A DNA stretch of 64,000 nucleotides from Cirrosporium novae-zelandiae (Eukaryota). The notes beneath the pieces were generated by a model. That model was not told where the DNA came from, did not search any database, and saw only the letters and a program-made list of their open reading frames with translations. How positions within the stretch are numbered: position 1 is the stretch's first letter; each line of letters begins with the position of its first letter. The stretch lies in the NCBI GenBank assembly GCA_026023565.1, contig JAPETS010000036.1, forward strand, positions 186,001 through 250,000, in the 5' to 3' direction. The position numbers and the translations under genes were made by a program. Shown here piece by piece: positions 1 to 11,700 of the stretch.

Positions 1-794
1 TTGGTGCTAGCCACATTGTTCTCGCAGGTGGCGCCCAAGCAGTTGCGGCAATGGCCTATGGAACCGCCTCCGTTCCTAAAGTTGATAAAATCCTAGGCCC
101 AGGGAACCAATACGTCACAGCCGCCAAGATGGTTGTTTCAAACGATACTTCAGCGGCAGTAAGTATAGACATGCCTGCTGGTCCTTCTGAGGTCCTGGTT
201 ATTGCCGATTCGTCATCCAATCCAGCATTCGTGGCCGCTGACTTGCTCTCCCAAGCGGAACATGGTGTGGATTCTCAAGTGATTCTCATTGCAATCGCTC
301 TCAGCGAGACTCAGCTTGAAGCCATTGAAAAGGAAGTACAAACCCAGGCAATGGCTTTACCAAGGGTGGATATTGTGAGAGGAAGTATTGCGCACTCCGT
401 CACCCTTGTGGTCAAGGATGTTGAAGAGGCCCTCAAGCTCTCCAATTTCTATGCTCCTGAACATCTTATACTGCAACTTCATGATCCACATGCCGCAGTG
501 CCTTTGGTTAACAACGCTGGATCTGTGTTTGTCGGTCCTTGGACACCTGAGTCTGTAGGCGACTACTCGGCTGGGGTTAACCACTCCTTACCCACATACG
601 GGTATGCAAAACAATATTCTGGAGTGAACTTGGGTAGTTTCCAGAAACAGATCACCGCCAGCTGCTTGACCGAGCATGGACTGCGAAATGTCGGTACTAG
701 CGTCATGCAACTTGCTAAAATTGAAGAATTGGAAGCTCACCGGAGAGCTGTGGAGATAAGATTACAAGGGGGAGCTGACGGCCCTAGGCTATGA
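1..794 (+). CDS. HIS4: Histidine biosynthesis trifunctional protein, C-terminal histidinol dehydrogenase domain (5' part outside window)
   Basis: HDH motifs [56 protein letters not shown]; the frame is open from the window edge. Confidence 0.96.
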   Translation, partial: GASHIVLAGGAQAVAAMAYGTASVPKVDKILGPGNQYVTAAKMVVSNDTSAAVSIDMPAGPSEVLVIADSSSNPAFVAADLLSQAEHGVDSQVILIAIALSETQLEAIEKEVQTQAMALPRVDIVRGSIAHSVTLVVKDVEEALKLSNFYAPEHLILQLHDPHAAVPLVNNAGSVFVGPWTPESVGDYSAGVNHSLPTYGYAKQYSGVNLGSFQKQITASCLTEHGLRNVGTSVMQLAKIEELEAHRRAVEIRLQGGADGPRL

Positions 795-1596
795 AGAAAT
801 GAAATAACTTTACTGCGTAGAGGTTTTTTTATACTATATGATTTTAAGAGCTATGAATGACTACGGTGACCGACTGTGAGTGTAAGGTATTCACCAACAT
901 TATAGGGTACCATTAACACCTCAAAGCCTAATTAATGACCGTGTGGTAAAGTAAAGAGGAGATAAAAGCCTCTCTTTTCCCGTTGTGTCTCAACTACTTG
1001 TTGAGGAATGGAGATTAAGTTACACGTCGGCCACCATTTGACACTTTCCTTGCTTTCTGCAAGTAATTTATCAGGACCCCTTGGCGGGATAAATGAAGGT
1101 GGCATCTTTTTTAATTCTCCGGTCTCATATCCAGGAGAAAACCCTTAGCTTTATGATGAAGTCTTTGATAATCGCCACTGTAAAATCATGTCGTTTATAC
1201 CGAGGTCTTTTAGTAATAGCAATAGCTTGGAGCAAAGGTTTGGCTGGAATTTTTGTCTACTATGTAGTTATGACTTGTCGCTTTCGCAGCGCCATGGATG
1301 ACGTGGTGGATGATTTGAGCAAATGTTGGCTGTTCGATAACAAATAGGGCAAAAAGAACATGTTACTCTTCAGCCGAGACCAGGGGGAGTTGTTGATTGC
1401 CATCAAGAAATAATTTCTACAAATACAATGATTTGTGATACCTTGATTTTCAGGCATTACAAACATGCTTCAAAGTTTACTGTTGTATTACTTTGGTAGG
1501 CTTTAGTTAGTAGGGGATCATCCCTCCCCCCCGCCCGTTCCACACTCACTTGTCTTCAGCTGTCTTGCTGTCTTGCTGTCCTGCTGGCTTGAGCTT

Positions 1597-1635
1597 GAGC
1601 TTTAACCCTGAGCTTTAACCCTGAGCTTTAACCCT
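1597..1635 (+). repeat. Three tandem copies of GAGCTTTAACCCT upstream of the TRK gene
   Basis: Exact 13-nt unit at 1597, 1610 and 1623; preceded by about three copies of GCTGTCTT at ~1559-1585. Confidence 0.85.
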
Positions 1636-1856
1636 GGCCTTTTTTTTCGAAATTAAAGTACCTCATTGGCCACAATGTCTCCTCTCAACGCATACTCACG
1701 TACATCTTTCTTCCAGAGAAGAGAAGGGCTGTTTTATGCGACCATGCATTCTCTTCTCTCCATCACCTAATTGTCTAGCAGTCGCTTCCTTCATCTCTCC
1801 TTTCTTTACTGTACAATCTCCGCATCTGTTTTTGTGCTTGGTCCCTTCCCTTGATC

Positions 1857-4126
1857 ATGGCAATGAAAATGGGAGGTAGGTTGTTCCTGTATCAACAAGA
1901 ATTCATACATTGAAGCAAAACTGATGCTGTATAGTCTCGACTATATTCCACCGACTTTCGGGCCTCTGGCACCTTGTACGACCTTACCTCCCTCCCATGA
2001 ACTTCATTACCCTACATTACCTCTACTTCATTAGCGTCTGTTTCCTGGCTAGCGTCATCTTCTGGGGATCATCAAAACCAGCACACAGCATAGACTATAC
2101 CGATTCGCTTTTTCTGGTGGTTAGCGCGATGACCGAGGCAGGATTGAACACTGTCAATTTATCAGCCGTTACAACTTTCCAACAAGTCATTCTGTTCCTC
2201 CTCATTATGCTCGGCTCGGCCATATTCGTCTCGGCGTTTGTCGTCCGGGTTCGAAGGATGGCTTTTGAGAATCGTTTTCAGGGAATCGTGGAAGAAAAGC
2301 GGAAGAGAAGGAAAAGCCTCTCGCGAAGAACATTTACATTCTCACGAAGCCGGAGCCAGGGAGGGCAGCCTGTGACTACAGGCAGTCAAGTCCCTGAGGT
2401 TGATGGAATAGTTGTTCGAGGACGAGCGATCAAGGAACAGGGCCCTGTCGTAGACGGACCCTCTAGCACGCTCCAAAATGAGGAAATTAGACTTTCCATG
2501 TCACAGCCAAACGGGCATGTCGAAGAAGAACCCAAATTTTCAGCGGCGAATGATGCTAAGGAAAATGATGGTGCCACGCAGGTCGATGGATCAAGCCTGC
2601 ATCAAACAATGTCCCATATCCATTTTGACAACCGTCAAACCAAGAGACACACTCAAATATTTAACATGGCAGGAATAGGAGCCCGACAAGGTCTTTCTAA
2701 TGACCCCACACTTGCGCCGAGCCTAACTTTGGTTCGGTCATCAACACGAAGAGGGCAAGATCCAGAAAAACAAGGCTCAAGTAGTTTATATAAGTACCTT
2801 GAGTCTGCTAGATTAGTCGCCGGGTTTGTTGGACGAAATTCTCAATTTCATAATTTATCTTCGGAAGAGCGCGAACAGCTGGGAGGGGTCGAATACCGAG
2901 CAATTACATTACTGGAAATCATTGTCCCCCTATACTTTGTGTTGTTCCAGCTTCTGGGTAGTATAGGTATCGGAGCATGGATTACAGTGAACCGACCTTC
3001 TATGACCAAGGAGAACGGATTGAATCCCTTTTGGACAGGAGTATTCATAGCTGTTAGTGCTTTCAACAACTCTGGAATGTGTCTTCTTGACGCAAATATG
3101 GTGGCTTTCCAAACAAGTACTTATGTTTTGATCACGGCGGGCTTTTTGATATTAGCAGGGAATACTGCTTACCCATGTTTCCTCCGCCTCGTTATTTGGA
3201 CGTTGGAGAAACTTGTCCCGAAGAATGAATCTTGGAAAGATGAGAAGCTCGCCCTTCAATTTCTTCTTGACCATCCCCGTCGATGTTACATGACCCTTTT
3301 CCCGTCCATGCATACCTGGTACCTACTTGGATCACTGATCGTGCTGAATGGGATCGATTGGGCGGCTTTTGAAATCCTCAACATTGGAAACACTAATCTC
3401 GACCCCGTCCCCGTGAATTATCGCATTCTCGATGGACTGTTCCAAGCGCTAGCTGTACGTAGCGGCGGCTTCTACGTCGCAAACATCTCCGAACTTCGAA
3501 TTGGGCTCCAAGTCCTCTATGTGCTGATGATGTACATCTCTGTATACCCCGTCACCATAACCATGCGTAACTCGAATGTCTACGAAGAACGGTCCTTGGG
3601 CATTTACGGAGAGGATGAAGAAGAAAACACCTCCCCCCAGGAACCCGAATCTCAACACAAATCAAGATTCTCAGGATTCAAACACCGCTTCCCATTTCCC
3701 TCGCTCCCAACAAACCAACCCGAAACCTCTCACTCATATTTCGTCCGCCAACAACTTCGTTCCCAGCTCGCACACGATCTATGGTGGATCTGCCTCGCCA
3801 TTCTCTTCATCACCATCATCGAAACCGGGCAATTCGAACGCGACCCCAAAGCCTACTCCGTCTTCAATGTAGTGTTCGAAGTCGTTTCCGCGTACGGCTG
3901 TGTAGGCATATCGGTGGGGCTTCCTGGCGAGAATTACTCGTTCGCTGGAGGATGGCATAAGCTAAGCAAGCTCATACTATGCGCGGTCATGATACGAGGT
4001 CGCCATCGAGGACTTCCGGTCGCTATCGATCGCGCCGTCCTGCTACCCGGTGAGCATCTGGCTGCGGCCGAGGAAGAAGATGCAGCGAGACGGTTGGAGA
4101 GGAGATCCACAAGGATGACTCAGTAG
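1857..4126 (+). CDS. TRK1: Trk-family potassium transporter
   Basis: ATG 1857 plus intron 1876-1934 gives MAMKMGVSTIFHRL...YLPPMNFITLHYLYF; pore loops SAMTEAGLN, SAFNNSG, VRSGGF, SAYGCVGIS; C-terminal IRGRHRGLP. TRK1 versus TRK2 not resolved. Confidence 0.93.
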
Positions 4127-4673
4127 CTAGCTAGGTTTTTCATTTTGGTTACGGAATGCATATAAATGATTTCTTTCCTTTTTTACCTTTTGCCTTTTCG
4201 TATAGTCTATGTATTAGCGGGTCGGTGGATTGGTCGGAGGGCAAAGGGCCAGCCTAGGCTATGGGGGTTTATAACCCGTTGGGGGCGAATACCTCATACT
4301 CTATAGGAAGGGATGTTTTGTTTTATAGAGAGGGACTTGGTGTGTTTCATGTCAAATAGAGGAAATGGAGGAAGGTGGATGGTATGGCATGGCACTGGCA
4401 CTGATATTGGATCAGACGGGTGGATGGGTGGGGGTACCATTGGATTGGGTTTGTGCTAGCATGCATACAATACAAACGATATGGATGGCCCTGGGCATAA
4501 TGAAATGACCGGCTGGGGGGGTATTTATTATTATTAAGGACGAAGGAAGACATTAACTAGTAATGGACCTCTGGGGTTTGATTGATTGTAGCTTTTTGTT
4601 TCCTCTTGTTTGTTTTATGTTGTATTGTAGGGCACCCACTCCGACTATATCTCCAACTTCACCTCACTTCACC

Positions 4674-6429
4674 TCACTCCAGCCACCCCCCATATCCCCC
4701 CACCTCCTCCACCACTAACCCCTCCTGCTCCTGCCTCACATCCAACACCCTCACCCTCCCAATCACCCCCTCCGGATCTCGCCACCCATCCGCCAACTCC
4801 CTCAACCCCGCAACCACATCTTCTTTATCCTCCACGAGTAATGCGATGGCATCGAACCCCCCGGCGCCTGGAACCACGCCCCCGATTACACCGGGGATTG
4901 CGGAGCAGGCATCCAGGAGCGCGGTTTGGGAGGGGGGTTCGATGGGCACGTGTGATTTTTCTGACATTTGGCGGATGTGGGTACGGGTTTGGGAGATGGT
5001 GGTTTGGAGGTGTGCGAGAAGATCGGTGGAGGAGTTGTTGTCTGTGTTGGGGTTGGATTCTTCTTGATGGGCTAGCTTTGTTAGGTCTTGCGATATCGCG
5101 TCTATGGACTCCTGGATACGTGACCAGTGCGCATCACTCTCCTCGGGGTTCTTAGCACGCCATTCGAGGACCTTTTTGACCATTCCTGGGGTTTTGGAAC
5201 CACAGTCGACATCGCACATGAGCAGTTTTATGTGCTTGGGGATGATGACTGCATTTTCCGAGATTTCGGCGTCTAGCCGGATGGACGCGTCCGCGCCTTC
5301 AACTATGTGTTGTAGGGCTGAAGGGAAGGTTGGGCTAGAGGGTTGTGGGATCCCTGCGAGGCGGGAGGGCGTGAACCGGCGGTAGAGACATGAGCCGTAG
5401 ACTGCGGAGGCGACGTCGAAACCCGAGCCGACTTTTCCTTGGGCGGCGCAGTGGGCCGCTTGGGCAAGGTTGTGGATTTCGAGCTTGTGAGTTTGGACGG
5501 AGAGGGAGTGGAAGAAGCCCAGCAGGGCTGCTGTCAGTGCGGTGACCAGGGCTGCGGAGGACCCAAGACCCGTTTTGTGGGCCGAGAGGAGGGGCACGTT
5601 GAATGACGAGAATCGACCGCCGTACGGCTTGGTGGATTGCGACTGCGTGTAGTAGCCATCGTCAGCTAGAATTGTGATCTGGATGGGGGTTGAGCCGATG
5701 GAAATGTTGTGGGTTTGGAGGTAGGCCAGCGTGTAGGTTATGGTGGTCTCGACAAAGGGATTGCGAGCTGTGGATGCACTATTGAGAGGAGTGGGAATAT
5801 TAGTGACTATCGGGCTTGGAGCTGCTATTTGCTTGACGGATAGAAACTGTCTCGTTTGATAATCGACGGGCTCAAGCTGAGAGAGCTATAGCGCCTATAG
5901 TGTCTATAGCATTCAGGACAAGCCAGGCCAACTACTTTGACCTTGCTTGGGGCTGCCTGAAACTTTTGAGCGTTATCCCCAAATGTAGCCACGAGGAATA
6001 AATTCCAATCCATTGTTTGAAGGCATCTTTAGCAGGACTATTCTTAGATCTCTTCACATGCCTGGATTGAGGTTGGCTTGGCTTGTCACTCACTATAGCT
6101 ACAGAAATATCAAACGCGTAAAACCAAAATTAACGCACGCGTAAGGTTTCAAGGAAGCTGAGAGGAAAATACACCTACGCATGTGAAAAAGGAACGGCCA
6201 CGACTCCATCAACATTGTACTGCCATTCGGCCCCGACAAACTGAGGGGAGAGAACGGTGATTTGTGGAGTGGCGCTGGAGGGAGAATTTTCCTGTTCCTT
6301 AATAATGACATGCATACGAGCATTCAGGGCAAAGACCAAACCAGTATGTTTCCGATCTAAGATCAGATATCCTCCGGCCAGGAGAACTTTACCTGGAGTC
6401 GAGACGGCATATGGTTTTTTTGATGCCAT
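4674..6429 (-). CDS. ERG8: Phosphomevalonate kinase
   Basis: Exon 1 (6429-6179) STPGKVLLAGGYLILD; 400-nt intron 6178-5779; exon 2 RNPFVET, KTGLGSSAAL, AHCAAQGKVGSGFDV, VPGAGGFDA; spliced frame is continuous. Confidence 0.95.
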
Positions 6430-7012
6430 ATTCTTTCTACACAAGATCGGTTGAAGCCTTGAAGGTAACAATTGATGGGTTTCTTCCTTTACTGTGTAGG
6501 TCTGTCTGTCTGGCTCGCTGCTGTGGTCTACGGAGGGAGATCTAACATCTAAAAGATTTAGAATAGTCGGTAAATCCCAACTGATTCACAGCCATGCCTA
6601 AAAGGATGATATAGTGGGGGCAGTTAATCGACTTACCAGATTGTTGAGACCACAAGGACCAAAGGGACCGTAGAGACTGTCGAGGACCATGCGCTGGTCT
6701 TTGATATGGCCAACTCCGAAACAAAGACTCACAGGCCTCTTCAGGCGTCCCAGATCAGCTACCAATGATAGTGTTGAAAGCTAAAACAAGCTCGAAGTAG
6801 CAGATGCTCAACAATGGAAAACAGATTGACCGATAGTTGAGAGATTATTGGCACTTGATTTGATTTGAGGTAGTTGGAGAGGATTGAGAAGATTCAATGG
6901 CAAATAAATGAAATAATTAACCTGACGGAAGAATTTGCGGAGAGAGACAGAAGTGTGAGAAATGGCCTCTGGGAGTTTGGAGAAGCGAGTGGTGCGACTT
7001 TTTATTGACATG

Positions 7013-7107
7013 TGATTGATTGATTTGATTGATTGATTTGATTGATTGAAAGATTAGATTAAATCACAAGGCACCAAGGCACCAAGGCATTAAGGCATTA
7101 AGGCATT
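7013..7107 (+). repeat. Simple repeats (TTGA/TTTGA)n followed by (AAGGCAYY)n
   Basis: Seen directly in the intergenic region between ERG8 and the PPR gene. Confidence 0.8.
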
Positions 7108-8614
7108 ATTGATAACATGTTCAGGCATCACCTTTTTATTAGACTCATCCTTCAGGGCAAAATACGACGAGGGGAAGAAGGACCCTGGATGTCCCTTCCC
7201 TTCGTCCTCGTAAATCCTCATGCTCATCCTCCACCTTATCTTACCTTACTTTATTATTGTCAATTATAGTAAGACGCTGCTTTTACTTCTTTGTTTATTT
7301 TTCCATCTGATGATGAACAGATCCTCAAAGAATCCTTATACTTGAATATCTGGTGACGGGATCTACCGAGCAAGTCAGCTGTGGCTACTATCGGAATTTG
7401 GCGTGAGGCGCCCTGGTTGAGCGACAATTAGACTTTCGGTAGAGTTTCGGTGCATAACCGGCACTGCCAGCAAATCTTTAGGTCCGAACAAGTTGGTTCC
7501 AAGCAAATCTGAAAATGAATTTTATAAATGAATTTTATGAATATCAAAGAAAATTAACCGGGCGAGCCATAGCCAATCAATGAAGAATAAAAAAGAATCT
7601 CGAAAACTTCCTGCATAGTCACTATTCGAGTACATGGTAACTTCAGACCCGACCATGTTGATACCATGACCCTTAGAACCAATAATACCTCTCAATCATA
7701 CATATTTCCCTGTAAAACTTGTACCATGAAATACAAATGTGACTTCAGAATACTACGAGTCCTACAGATTCATACTTCAGCTTTTCCGAAATACTCCTAA
7801 CGAAAAAGCCCTAACGATATTTATGCGAACTTGGTGTTTAAACCTCTCAACCTTTTAGTCATCGACCTATACTGTACCTAACCCCCCCCCCCCCCCCCCC
7901 GGTCGTACGAGAACCCTCTCGGTTATCACCTCACCCCCCCCTCCCCCCCAAAGAATCCCCAATCCACCCAGCTTCTACTTCAAGCCAAGCTCTGATTTCC
8001 TACTACTCCAGGCTGCAAAGAGTACTCGAGTACATTGCTTAGTTAAAACTACTCCACCACCACCATCTTTTTGTACCTGGTTTTTTCAATCTTCAACTTC
8101 TACCGCTTTGAACTAAAAATTATTCTCTCTGCTCCCTTGTTGTTTTTTGGTGGGACGTACGTCTCGACTCTCTTCGGATCCGGTGCGTCCTGTTCGCATC
8201 CATATAATGTACCTCTCAATTTCATACTGATATTTTTAATCATCAGTTCAATAGCTCCTCTCTTGCTAGAACATTTCATCACTGCTTCTAGTGCAAGCAA
8301 ACCCGTGTCCAAGATCCAACCACCACTCATCCAACTTTAATAAAAAAAACCTCACACAAGGGACAGTCATTATCTAAACTCCAATCTCCATCTCTACCTA
8401 AATCCCATCTTTACCGATCAACTCAATCATCTCTACACACACCTCTTCAAACTCATGCTGCGATAGACACAAGGTTTAAACTCTTGGAAAAAAAAAAAAC
8501 TGTCTGGAATAAGAAAAGTCCATTGAAAGCTGGACTTGATTACAAGAGACAGAGTCTATCGATTGATATCACCGCTCACACTACCTATCCGCTGGCGGCT
8601 TGTGCAGTCGTCAA

Positions 8615-8780
8615 ATGAACTTGATTTGCGAATATTTGAATTTTGTCAATCTGTGAGTAAACCAAAATTACACCGGGTGCTCCTGATTCTGCGAGAAAAG
8701 GTGGGCGCCAGATTTGCCGGTGCAATTTTGCTCATTCACTGTCCAGTGTCGCGCCTCCTCGAACAGGAGGTAATCACTAA
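8615..8780 (+). promoter_or_regulatory. Putative spliced uORF and 5'UTR intron of the PPR gene
   Basis: ATG 8615; intron-like GTGAGT(8653)...TGCTCAT...TCCAG(8746); spliced peptide MNLICEYLNFVNLVAPPRTGGNH* ends 5 nt before the main ATG. Confidence 0.45.
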
Positions 8781-8785
8781 TCTGA

Positions 8786-11700
8786 ATGGTTTTCAAACCA
8801 TTCACACGTATTGCCCATCAGGGGTTCAAAGGAATTACACATGGCTATGCTCAAACTGTAGTCGCCGCCTCTCAGCAATCGCATGGCGCCGCAGCAAATT
8901 CTTTCGGCTCCTTCGGATCCAATGCTATCACTAGATTCGGAAAGACCGGTCCGACCTCCCACCTCCAGAATGCCTTCCAACATGCATCGAATCAAGCTGG
9001 CCCTGGAGCAAAGACCGGTCACTCCGGGACTAATACGGGAGGAAATGATGGAGGATTAGCCGCATATTATGCAGCATGGCAGCAACAACAAAACAATGGG
9101 GATGAACAGGAATGGAAGCAATTCCAATTCGCAAAAAGAATAGGGTGGACTCCGGGACAAAAAGATGCAAAAGGCAAGGAAAAGGATCTTGACTATCATG
9201 GACGAAGAATTCCCGTCGACCGGACTTATAGTGCGAGTGCTGCCGATGATCTTAAGAAAAATGTCGACGCGGCTGCTGAGGCAGAGGCTTTGGCCAAAGT
9301 CGATGAAGCCATTGCGCAGGAGATGGAAGATGCTAACCAGAATGGCGTTGCAACCGGAAACGATAAGGCCGCCACTGGCTCCTCGGGGCGAGAGGAATCT
9401 ATGGGTTCTGATGATACAGCGCCTACATCGGTAACGATGGAAGATCTGTCAGCGAGCGAGGAATATGCCCAACAGTTGACGAGACTAAGCTCTACACAAC
9501 GGTATTCCGAAATTCCAGCTGCCTTCGAGGCAATGCTCAATGCAGGAGTAAAGCCCACAGCTACCGCATACAATGCCCTCCTTGAAGCGGCTATCCATTT
9601 GCCAGCTGCCAAGCACCAAGTGATCCCGAAAGCACTAGATGTTTATGCGGATATGCTTCGCCGTGACGTCCAGCCAGACCTAACCACCTATTCCACTTTG
9701 ATTCAGTTGCTAGCTTGCCGAGCCAACGATGTGACAGCGATGAAGACAAGACTTGAACAAGTCCGGGCTCGTTTCGGGGGAATGCATGATCCAGATCAAT
9801 TCATGTTCCGCTCCAATGAGGCAGAATATGATCTGCTGGCCGAAGATAATGCTCTTGACGTTGCAATCAAGCTCTTTAGAGCAGCCACCGGCACGCAATT
9901 GGACCAGCAATTTTCTCCCGAGGTTTATCGTGATCTGATCACCGCATGTGCAGCACAGGCTCGAGTCGATGATATGATCCATATTTATGCCCACATGGAA
10001 CTCTCTAAGGCTATCCCCTATGCTGCCATCTTTGGCCCTATGATTGAAGCCTTTGCTGCATCCGGAGACCTTAACAGCGCTGTCGAATGCTACAACGAAT
10101 ACAAAAACTTGGCCATCGCCGATGACAAGGGAACCTTTGGTATTATTGATCGACGCGATAACGATGTCTACGCTGCACTGGTTAAAGCTTATGTTCTCTG
10201 CGGAAAACGTGATGGTGCCATGCGCTTCTTCACCAAGATCTATGATTCTTATGATGGCGTCACCACCGATCGTGATGTCCGCCTTGAAACCATGCAGGAT
10301 ATCGTCGTCATCGAAGCATTGGTGCAACAGAGTTTGGATAAGCGTGATTATACCGAAGCCATGAAATGGGTCCAGGAACGTCCCGTTAGCTCTGGAGCTC
10401 GTACCAATGCATTGGCCCAAGTCTGCTGTACCGCTGCGGATAACAATGATGGCGAGATTGCAATGGAAGCCTACAAGACATTGTCTTCAGCAAAACTTGA
10501 TGTAGCTGAACCTGTAATCGCACTCTTGGCCTACCATATCCGCCAAGGGAATGTATCTGCCGCCAAGGAATTCTGGGGTGTTCTAACATCATCCCACGAC
10601 GTGACATCGGCATTTGTGGAACCAACTGCGATGTATTCGGTTGCCCTCATGGGCAGTGGTTTCGTGGAAGAAGGTATCATGCAAGCTCGCCAAATGTTTG
10701 CCCGGATCCGCAACTCCATCAACGCACCCAAGGCAAGGCTAGATGTGACTGAAGATATCGATGAAGCCATCGATTTCATTGGACGATTCCTTGTCAAAAG
10801 CGCCATCGTGCCTGCGCCTAACGCCGCCCTGACTCTGCTGTGGATGATGGTCGAGAACGGAGGACTTGTTTCGCCTCTTGCTGAACATGCCCTTGCAGGT
10901 CTTGGTCCTGAAGCTATGGCCCAGCTTAGCTGGAAAGATCTCGAGTTGGCCCTCCAAGTTCAATCTGGCATGGTCATCAACGGGTCTACCGTTCTTGATG
11001 TCGCTCACTCAACAAGGTTTTCCCATCTTGCTAATGCCGCCATCACCGCCGGTCTCCCAATGGACAAGCGCACTCTACAAATGGTTGAACAAATCTTGAG
11101 GACTATGGGCAGTCAATTCCCGGAACTGGCTCAGAAATGGGAAGGCTTCAAGCGCACTGTCGCGCGTTCTTCCTATGGATCAAACTTCAAGCCTCGTTCA
11201 GGATTCTCTTCGACCCCTGCTGCATTTGAGGATACTTTTGACCCTTATGCCAATACCACTGACTACAAGGGCTCTGCAAGCATCGCCGACGAACTGGAAA
11301 AGAATATTGGAAGATCTGATGCACATCTCAGCGAGGCTCTAAGCAGATTCAGGAACATGCGTCGCGTTGGCAGACATCCCCGCTATATTACCTATGCTAA
11401 ATTGATCGGCGCTGCTGCCAAGGAAGGACGTATGGATCTAGTCCATGATATTCTCGGAATGGCTCGACAAGATATGCCTTTACTTCCTCAATACCAAGTC
11501 GTCAAACACGGTTGGATTTCCATTCTTGATGCCATGGTTGGAGCTTGCTTGACATTGGGTGACCGACCTCAGGCTGGGAGATTCCACCAGGAACTTCTCG
11601 ACATGGGCGCCGCACCAACAGCCAATACCTTTGGTCTTTACATTACCACACTCAAAGAATCTACAAAGACTTACGATGAAGCTACCGAGGCTGTTAAGAT

